A stretch of 62,130 bases of DNA, counting the filler, from Sluysia triapertura (taxonomy: Eukaryota): assembly GCA_046118255.1 (NCBI GenBank). It is 5 parts of 5 records of this genome, joined end to end, with 100 filler letters (N's around TTAATTAATTAA, not from the genome) between each part and the next. Parts side by side here need not be neighbours in the genome. Positions count along the whole stretch, not along the records: positions 50,590 to 62,130 come from JBJNIA010183490.1; 4 more parts are not named here. One strand, written 5' to 3'. The notes below the pieces were generated by a model that ran no database searches, was not told where the DNA came from, and worked only from the letters and a program-made list of their open reading frames with translations. This document shows, in pieces, positions 52,439 to 62,130 of this stretch (positions are counted from its first letter, which is position 1; each line of letters starts with the position of its first letter). Made by a program: the position numbers and the translations under genes.

Positions 52439-55400
52439 GTCATCGTTTATTTTCTTTGTTTCGAACTTCATAAAATTTTCAGGGATATTGTTGAAAAAGT
52501 TAAAATACGTATTCATCGAGTTACTAAGATAAGACCTCACATTTTAAAAACTTTTGTTAAAATTTTATAGGTGCACTTGCAAAGCTAAGTTTCCAACTTT
52601 TTAAAATAAATTATTCTTTATGTAATATAAAGGCATTAAATTAATTTGCTTTATTAAAGCGACACTCTTAATATAACGGAAATGAGAACAGAGACTTTAT
52701 AAACTCTGATGATTAGAAGTCAGAAGTTACCAAGCTTCATTATGTTTAAATTAAACTCTATCTGAAGATAAACACTCAGCGATTTATTACAAAAATTTTA
52801 TTTTATTGTTTTAAATTTAAATATACAACTTACTGGATTTTAAGTTAAAATAATAATCTTTTTAGGTTGTAATTATATTTAAATTTGTGTTTATTATTAA
52901 TAATAATTATTATCATTTTATTTTTCTTATTTAAAGTATAGTTTGTTATTATGATATTGAGAATTGTATTTTGTTTTTAGGTTGTGTTTAAATAATTTAT
53001 TTACATTTTCATCATTAAAATTTTTATTCAAAATTTTCATATGATATTAACTATTCTTTGTCAAAAATGGCTTTAAAAACCAAATGGAAAATGAATTACT
53101 TAATTTTTTATTACGACGTTTATCATTTTTGTTGAATTATGTCAATTGGATTTTGGAAAATTTAGAAGATAGATGCAGTTCGATTGAAGAACGCATCGAA
53201 AATTTAAATCAACGTTTAAAAAATTGTCAAATATTAATTGAGAATTTTAATCCAACTACCGAATACAGTAAGTTTTTATGCTAAATTTGTTAATTTTTTT
53301 CTGATTTAATTAAAATAAAATTATTTTAAAAAATTGAAAGATATTGCTATACTTTATGAAGTTAGTTTTATAAGTAATTCGTATTCCTTTAAATGCAATT
53401 TAAATAAGATATTTGTTAAAAGTAATGTTTTAGGGAAAAGATTGTTTTGCAAAACCAAATTGAATTAATTTATTTTTGATTTCAACAAACGTTTTTTTCG
53501 GAATTAATTTTAGAAGTCAATATTATTTCAAAATTAGAATAAAATGAAACATGAGATTAGTAAGTTGCAAATATTCGGAAATATTAAAATTTCGTCATTA
53601 AACGTTTGGAATTTCAAGAGAGATAATAAAAATAATTTCTTATTTAAATATAAGTAGAACTTATTAGTTTAAATTTGTGACAAGATCTCTTATTTTAAAA
53701 GAATTCTTTTTCTTAAAATATTCGATGCGTAATTGTTTGACGAATATTTATTAATACCAGCACTAACTTAAGCCAAATGGTAATCAATATCCAATTTGAT
53801 TATGGTGTTAAGACGATGATAAAGTCCATAGTAAATAAAATCTACCGTTTTATTTCTATTATTTTAAGTGTTGCGAGTGTTTTTGGTATTGTCTTTTGCT
53901 TAAATTTGATTTTAAGGGGTTTCTTTTTTAGTTTTAGATTTATTTAAATTTGAATTTGGATTTTGTCATAGTTTCGTAGTATCACTAATAATTTTGAATT
54001 TGTGAAGTAAAATCACTATCTATGATTTGTTCTGAAAATTGTAACTATTAACAAAATTAATATTAAAATAAACGTTAATAAATCGTTTGAATTATCATTT
54101 GAATCCTGCACATTGTTTACTATTGTGTCTTTATTTGAGATTATTAACAATAACTCAATAATTAAATTAGTCTGAAATCGTGACGTATTTTCAATACAAA
54201 TTAATTAGTCTTTAAACACAGAAATAATAAGTATTCTCAATCGTAAATCAAAATCCATGGATGATGCAAGATACGAAATGTATGAGACGAGATAACCCAT
54301 AACACTGCTAATAATACCAAAGAATATTGCTTTAAGGCTTAGTCAAGTTGCTAAAGATGAAGCTTCAATCACAATGTTTACTACAAATGTGTTGAAGCAG
54401 TTATCATAATGGAGTTAAAGTTTTGTTACGTATATCTTTTTCTACGTAGTAATTGGATAATCGCTGATGAGATTAGAAATGGTAAGTAAAGAAGCATTAC
54501 TTTATGTAATTACTTATTCTTTTGACTAGGTTATAAGCCGACCAATTTTAATAATTAAATTTCAATTATAATTTCCGTCCACTTCCAATTTATCATCTCC
54601 AATCCTCTTATTAACAAAATCAAAATTTAACATTATCACAATTCTGTTTACTATTCAAATAATACATCAACTTAAAATAAACATAAAATTAATTAAATAA
54701 CAAATTTCTTTTCCATAAAAATTTTTAATACAATACGTCATATGTTAACTGTACGTTACATGTCGATTTTAATAACTTGTCTGAATTGATATCTTAATAA
54801 ACATTAATTTGGTATATTTTGATTGTATTTGAATATTACAAAAGTGCAAATTTAACTCTATATTATAGAAAATTAATTAAAATAACCAGTTTCAATATCA
54901 CTAATACTTGTGAGTTCGTATGTTATTTTCTCGTATACAGACATTTTTCATTAAATTATTAAACCAAATAACTTTAATTAAATTAATTAATTTAAGCACT
55001 GTTATATTTTCAAAAGGGTTCTCTCTTATCTTTCTTTCTAATTTAAACATTTTACAAATATATCCCATTAATAAACACAACTCATTATGATATTTTACTT
55101 TATTCTTTCAATATTACTTGTTTTATTCTTATTCCACAAATTACAGTACTCATAGTTGCTCCATCCTTCACTAAATATGTACTAATACATAAACAATAGA
55201 ACATCTAATTTTAACCAATAATTTATTCGTTTTGTTATAAATTTAAGTGATCATAAAGAGAAGGCTCAATGAAATTGCACGTCGACCTGGTTACGACACT
55301 GAACACTACCGGAAACTAATATTTCTTCATAAATAAGATAATGAAACATGGATGTTTTATAAGGTCGAACAATTTAAATTCGGAATTTTCGTTAATTATG

Positions 55401-55767
55401 TGCAGTTTTTGCAAATTTATAATGTTATGAAGTCATACCATTTTCAGTTTTTGAAGTCACATGCCTGATGTCATTTATTGAGAAAATAAGAATCTGTCGA
55501 AGCGTTATCTTTTGTAATTTCTGTTTCATAAGTTATTTAGTTTCCCATTTCCTCTATGATCGTCATAAAACCTGCTAAAATACTTTCTAATAATTAAGAA
55601 AATAGGCTTAATAGAATATATAAGGCTACCTTATTGACTATTTTCGGTCATCAGATAACCACATTGATGGAGGTAGGTTATTTTGTGATAAACATTTAAC
55701 TTGCTCTAACTTTCTTAAAATTCTTTTTCCTACTACTTTTGATGTTGTTATCTTATAATCGCTTCCT

Positions 55768-55914
55768 CATTCTCATTTTTATTATCATTATAGGCGGATG
55801 CATTCTCATTTTTATTATCATTATAGGCGGATGCATTCTCATTTTTATTCTCATCATAGGCGGATGCATTCTCATTTTTATTCTCATTATAGGCGGATGC
55901 GTTCTCATTTTTAT
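55768..55914. repeat. 33-bp tandem repeat, about 4.5 units
   Basis: Unit CATTCTCATTTTTATT(A/C)TCAT(T/C)ATAGGCGGATG at 55768, 55801, 55834 and 55867, plus a partial unit at 55900. Confidence 0.95.
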
Positions 55915-58900
55915 ACATAATAATAAAGGAATTTTATTTTTATTTTAATATCGCTGATCAACAATACAAACGAAAAGGTTCGGGCAGGGTTCTGAAGAGC
56001 TTAAAGAAACGTGAGACCACGGAGGATGCAGATCTTTTACTCCCTGTGTTGAAGAAGGTAAATATTGGGAAACGTTTTAATACTGAGTTGAGCTTATTTA
56101 ATTGTAAGGAAGTCAAAATTCGCGTCAAATTAAAATTAAAATTAAAGATAATCGAAACCTTAGGAAAAATGGTGCACGTACAGAGAAGCCAGAAAATCAG
56201 GTCGTCATCAATTACCAGGATAAACAGGTGTCTGCATTCATTACCATTACTTGATCGCGGTAGCTAATGGAAATTATGAGGGGCTCAAGTCATGCCGCCG
56301 AAATGACAATATCAATATTTGAATTTATATCACTATACATTTTAGTGTTTGTTTTCGTGTATGATCGACGATAATTTTCGTCGACTTCCATTTTGTCATC
56401 TCCCAACAATTACTCTTAAAATTAAGAGTTTAAGACATATGTGCCGCATATTGAAACACTAACTTTACTAATTTATTAATTTCTTCATTGTCGGAATTAT
56501 AAGCTTACATTAGAATATCGGACGGCTTTACAGATTCAGTTTCTTCTGGAAGATTTTCCTGTAACTCCCGCTTTTCTACATGGCCTTAATTTTCAGACGA
56601 TTCTTCCAATTTCGCTAAATAATTGTTGTCAGATGAACTTTTATCTGATTCTAAGCGTCTTTTGTCAACACAATGTATTGTATTTCTTTCGATATCTTCA
56701 TTTAAAATTGGTTCCACAAGTAATGTCTTGTAAGACTTGATAGACCCCATAAATCTACTGTGTTCTTCACGTATTCCAAAACTTTTTGCCCACGATATTC
56801 TGCCATTAATGAGACTCGCAAACATCTGGAGCTTCCTGGGTGGTTAATCGTTATTTTCTAAATCAGTAATTAATATTTCAGACATTTTTAATTAATTAAA
56901 TATGATAAATAAAATACTCAAAATTAAACAAAATAAATATTAATAGCAACTCGGGCCAACCACTAATATCAAAAAAGGCTTACTAAAGGTGTTTGTTGCA
57001 GTTGTGTCGAAGCAGTTATTTTAATAGAGCTAGTTATTCTGCCGTTTTGTTACCTATTTCTTCTTCTGCATATATGATAAAATTCGATTATTGGAAGTAC
57101 AGAAGTAATTACTTTAAATCCAAATTAATAACTCGATGTTATAAGACCAACTGTGCTAGATACAGTCATCTTTTTCCTTGTTGTAGTTTTCTTTTAAAAA
57201 CGTTATCTAATAATCATAAAAAAGATTTTATCTTTGTTAAGTTCTGCAGAAACACGCTAATTTCTGCTTGAGTGCATCTCTGACATTTTGAAACACATTG
57301 TCGCTAAATTTTAATTTCTATTGGATTGTTTGAAAGATATCGACCCTGAAAATCACGCCTCTATATTTTATAATCCGGATAACACTTTTCAAAAAAATGA
57401 ATAAAAACAAGTTTATTTTCTTTTATTGATATTCTTCACACATTTTGTTCTGTAACCCACTTTACGAGTCCAAATTTTTTCGCGACTCATTGGTGAATAT
57501 TAATTCTTTGTCAAGATTAATTTTAAACAATAAGCGTTATTAAAACTTAAAGTCAAAATAAGATTTAACCGCACTTATATTATCAAATAACACAAAATTA
57601 TAACAATTATATTTCTAAATATAAATCAAATATTCAATTATTAATTATAGTTATTAATTATTAAATAAAATAATACAATTATAAAAAACCAAGGATGATG
57701 CAGTCAAAACTGTAATGTCCCGCAAATTAAATAAAACTGACCATAATTAGTTCAATTAATACGAAATTCAAGTTTAACGCAACTGAAATTAACAAAACCA
57801 ACTCGCTTGTACATAGGAGTTTAATTATACTTGTCTCATTAATTTGATGTCGATAAGCTACACAGAGTCGAGAAACATGCAATCTCTCTCTTTCTTCGTT
57901 TACTAGGCCGAAAACCGTTTGATAAATTAATGTAATTAAGTTTGTCAAGCCACATCAAATTAGTCATCTCTTGTTGATGATTAATTAGTTTCTTTCCCAT
58001 TTTCAAATATCTACGTTTATTATTGATTATTCCTAAATTTCCTGAACAATTTAAGAAAATTATTGATTATCACAACTCTTCCTACCATTTTAACTTTATA
58101 TAGACTTTTTTGAAAATATTTCCATTATTTCACTTATTGTCCTAGTAGTTCTTGCACCATATATATATTATTTAATTGATAATGTTATATGTACTCATGA
58201 TGACACTAATATTAAAAACATTTGGGTACAGACATATAATTGGATTTAATTATGAATCCATATCTAAGATTAAAAACAATAATTTTGTTACTTTTGTTTT
58301 GTATAATTTTGAAAATGCATTGATCGATTTCGAAGACATAAACAATGCCCCATTATATAAGGATATATTTGAATTTTTGTTCCCACCAAACGTCATTTTT
58401 AATTTTAATTTAAGTGTTGAAGTTTTAATTCAAAATGTTACATCTCAAAGTATATGAACCATTTTAAAATCTATTAGTTTTAACTTTATTTTAAAGCTTA
58501 ATGTTTTTAGTTTGAATTTTAAAGTTTTTGATCTTAAACATATTTTAATCTTTAGAAATTATGAAGGCCTTTATATCGATTTAAAATTAGAATGTCGATA
58601 AATTGAATGATGCGATTGTGCTGATCTTTAAATTTTATGAAATTAATAACGTTAATCCGAATTATATTAATAGCTTTAGAGGTAGTATATGTTCTTTGAT
58701 TTTTATGAATTACAGGCAATATACTTATAATATTGGTATATTGCTATTGATTATTTTCCGCAAACCTCGTTATGTGGTTTTGAAGTATATGTATTTTTGT
58801 AAGGTGGTTGCAGATATCATTGGCATATATGTACTAGAGTATGGTAGAATCACGGTGTTGCTTGATTTTTGTGGTATTTAAAATTATTATATTATTCAAC

Positions 58901-59199
58901 AAAAAATTTATAATGTATCTTTTAATTGTGGCTTTAAAAACATGTACTTTAACTTCAAATTTTATACAGTTTATTAAAAAATTTTGATTTAAAATTTTAA
59001 GATTAATAATGTGAAATCTAAAAACACTAACAGTTTTATTGAACATAAAAATTACTAAATTATCATTATAACATGTATAACTAATGTCTTCTTTGTTGTC
59101 AGTCGTCCTTATTTTCCTATCTACACCAAAATCAATAGTTAAATTATCATTATAATAAAAATAAATAAAAATTACGTTTGTATTGTCACAAAAGTTGAT

Positions 59200-60232
59200 A
59201 TTATTCGGTTGGATAGGAAAGTTGAGTGATCGCATTAAATCTGAGTCTGGATAGATGATCCAAGTTAACATGATGTAAATATGAATCCGCCATTTGACCA
59301 ACAGTGTGAGCATGTAGACAACTGCTTGAAGATCATGCGCATGTACCATTGAAGTCGCTTCCATATGGACATAATGCCATTCCGACACGTCGATCAGAAG
59401 TTGTACACGTTTAATTGTATTATGATAAAGTCACAATTGACTAGGAGAATTTCTGACTGCGCATTATCTTAGCATAATTTATAGTAAGAACTGTGAGAAG
59501 AATTATCGTTATTCACTTTACTCTCTGATGTATCATAATTCTGTGATACATTGCTTGACAATCTTTTGTATCGATTATAGACTTAAATTCCGAAATTTAA
59601 TCATTTACATCTGTCATAGTGTTGACAAGAATTAGAGGTTGAATCTGTGTACTTTGAGATAAACTATACTCATCATCACTAAGGTCTTCAAATGTCTAAC
59701 ATAGATTTTACTCACATCTACGTTGAGGTGAATTACATTATTTGGTACTCTATCTAAGCCAGATAATTTCAACACATCTGAGTTCACATGCATTTATTAA
59801 AAGTGATGTTGTAATCAGTTTAAAATGTACATTCTTAATTGATTTTAGTAATTCATCAAAAGTTTCAAACATTACAAGATCTATTGGTAGTGAATTCTTA
59901 GGATAAAGACAATTCAAAATTTTCATATCAGGTTTTAAAGATTCAACATAACAATTTAATGTTGATTTATGAATGACGTGCCAAATACAGATTGTACTGT
60001 AAACAATATTTGTAATTGGATTACTATCATCTTTGAGAGTTATGTCTTCTCTAATTGTCCAAAATTGATGATCTAAAACTGGTCTAAGTTGTTGATGACG
60101 AAATATTATTTCTATGGCAGAAACAAAATTAAATGAATAAATAAGGTCTCTCGACGGTTTTTGACTTCTTTATACATAGATATAGCTTGTCTAACTCTTC
60201 ACATATTCTATAATTAACTCTTTTTCAAGCAT
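59200..60232 (-). pseudogene. Decayed gene with Unkempt-type CCCH finger (paralogue 3)
   Basis: Minus frame reads RRVGMALCPYGSDFNGTCA*SSSSCLHAHTVGQM (finger at 59306-59371). Coding-like fragments extend upstream to an ATG at 60232. The listed ORF 58834-59388 is in another frame. Confidence 0.7.
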
Positions 60233-60405
60233 TTAAAATAACTATTGAATTATCTATTATCAGAACATATACTGCAAAATTTTTATTCTTTTTTTACTAA
60301 GATAGATGTTTTTTCAAAATCAGTGTAAATTAATCAATAAATTGTGAAATACAATAATTATTTTTAATTATTTTTATTTTTATTTTTAATAGGTAATAAT
60401 TGTAA

Positions 60406-60673
60406 TTGGCTGCCCAATCAAAGTTGATATAACCAGTGGCATGAATACGAATTTTGATTGGGCAGTCAACAAGAACACTAAATGAGACAAATAATCGTGT
60501 AATGAACTATCATTAGTCGACAGTTAGCAAGAGAATACCAATTAATTTGAAAGACCTGTCGACTGATGACAGCTAACAGTAATTAAATTTTGTATGTGAT
60601 AAATGTAGTCACTATCAGTAGTGATAATGATTGTAAATATAAATTAAAATTATATCCACTGATAGTGGTATGT
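60406..60673 (+). ncRNA. Candidate cluster of three pre-miRNA-like hairpins
   Basis: Three unrelated inverted repeats of 64-71 nt starting about 100 nt apart (60406, 60505, 60603). Stem substitutions in hairpins 1 and 3 include G.U pairs on the plus strand. Confidence 0.5.
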
Positions 60674-60725
60674 AACAAAAATAAGTAATTTGCAATAAAA
60701 ATTGATGATAATAATAATAACACAA

Positions 60726-60727
<2 letters not shown>

Positions 60728-60768
<41 letters not shown>
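60728..60768. repeat. (TTA)n microsatellite
   Basis: Read directly. Confidence 0.95.
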
Positions 60769-60769
<1 letters not shown>

Positions 60770-60770
<1 letters not shown>

Positions 60771-61730
60771 AACTGCATAAATTCTTTCTTAAATTTCTTT
60801 ATTTGTCTTGAATAACAAGATCTTGCTTTTAATTCTTTATTCTTTCTTGACATATTTAAATTTTATTCCTTAAAATGCTTAAAATGAAATTGTTTTAAGA
60901 TGTCTGCAAGTTAAATACCGGCTTATGATGAGCGTGAAAGAATTGTGAATTTGTGATGTTACATATTAATGTTACGTATTTTGGATATAGTTTTAAGGTG
61001 TAATAGTGACGATAATGTTTTAAGATAATGCGTAAAGCGTCTTAATATAAATTTAACTGCTGTTTTCTGGTTTTAAGTGAAGATAAATTTAGGTTTTAGA
61101 CATTTTGAAATAATATAAATGTTTTATGTGGATATTAAAATACACCTTGATGTTCTGAATGGAATAATGTTTTTAGCTGAAGATGAACTTGGGTATTAAA
61201 AGGTAATGGTTTAAATATCTTAAAATAGTATAAATGTAAATGTACGTTAGTTTTTTCGCACGAAAGTAAAGTTTAGCTATTTGGATGTGTGAAAAGAGTA
61301 TAATTTGGTGGATGAAAAGAAGATAAGTTATAGTCTAACTTTTAGTATGTTCAAAAGGTGATTGTGCTGTGTTGAAGTATGATTTATTTTCTTGCTATTT
61401 TTAAGTGATATTGTCTTTTTGCGATGTTAGGGATAATATGATAAAGGATTAAGTATTTGGAATGCTTGGATTGATTTGAAAATGTCTAGTGGTTAATTTC
61501 GAATGTGGTTGAAATTGGATTGTTGAGAAATGAAGAATAAAATATTTTTGATGAATTTTAAAAGGTTGTTGGGTGGTGTTAAAAAGGATATGATTTTAAT
61601 TGTGTTTATATTGACATAGGATTATGTAAAAAATGTTTTTAATGGATTTTAAAATGTGTATTGCTTATTTTGAAAGGTTATGTGGTTTTGTGATGTTCAA
61701 AAGAAGATTTTTAAATAAAATTTGTAAAAG
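60770..61730 (-). pseudogene. Decayed, strand-skewed ORF region of unknown element
   Basis: G/T-rich plus strand like copies A-D. Minus-strand fragments such as DALRIILKHYRHYYTLKLYPKYVTLICNITNSQFFHAHHKPVFNL. No recognisable domain. Confidence 0.3.
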
Positions 61731-62130
61731 GTAATAGGCTGCCCACCACACACGGAACACCTACGTGTGGATAATCAGAATGCTGTTATAGCTATTCATA
61801 AAGAAATGGTGCTCTGAATTATATCATTCTTTTTCTGTCAGATTAATCTATCTGACGGTTGCATAAATCTAAGTTATTTAAACATTTCTTTCTATGGTAT
61901 ATACCTTATTAATGATTAATAATTTATACTCGTTTTAAAATTATTGGAAACTCGTAATAATATTCCGTATTACAATTATTGATTCTTATACGTTTTAAAA
62001 TTATTCATGATGAAACTTTTATTTTAATTCATTTTTCAAAATCATTGTAGATGTTTTTATTGTTATTCTCATTCCATTTATGTTTTGTTGTACTTTAACC
62101 ATCATTTTATATTAGTTCTTCCTGCATCTC

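Noticed and set aside
55280-55370. Minus-strand RPYKTSM as a fourth CCCH lead-in
   Set aside because: The required Cys/His spacing is absent.
55768-55914. 33-bp repeat as a CRISPR array, or ORF 55739-55948 as a membrane protein
   Set aside because: The units are head-to-tail with no spacers and the context is eukaryotic. The hydrophobic ORF is a by-product of the repeat.
60452-60460. miR-315-like TTTTGATTG in H1, and miR-8-like TAATACTG at 36607 and 36624
   Set aside because: Only seed-length matches, at positions inconsistent with the mature 5' ends. The remaining sequence differs.
60703-60745. Fourth hairpin of the cluster
   Set aside because: Formed only by opposed (TAA)n/(TTA)n microsatellites with a 3-nt loop. 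Low complexity.

Overview
A very AT-rich, repeat-dense window from a eukaryotic, most likely invertebrate animal, genome. It consists of five contigs joined by artificial 100-bp N44-TTAATTAATTAA-N44 linkers, so adjacency across the linkers is unproven. I found no intact protein-coding gene. Recognisable transposon relics are a pogo/Tigger transposase, a Ty3/gypsy RT, an RLE-type (R2/NeSL-like) non-LTR fragment, TTAA-flanked MITEs and a tRNA-derived SINE head. An unclassified element of at least 2 kb with a sharp TGTTGGGATT terminus is present in six copies. Manual translation across frameshifts shows decayed ORFs carrying isolated animal regulatory modules that the ORF track mostly misses. These are an EGFR/ErbB-type kinase C-lobe, IkB-like ankyrin repeats, Ovo/Shavenbaby zinc fingers 3-4, and three paralogous genes each with one Unkempt-type C-x9-C-x6-C-x3-H finger. 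Next to one of those paralogues is a cluster of three regularly spaced pre-miRNA-like hairpins. My best hypothesis, which is inference, is that these are relics of a large cargo-carrying mobile element or endogenous virus that captured host signalling and RNA-regulation domains. All alignments and translations were done by eye, and repeat boundaries are approximate.
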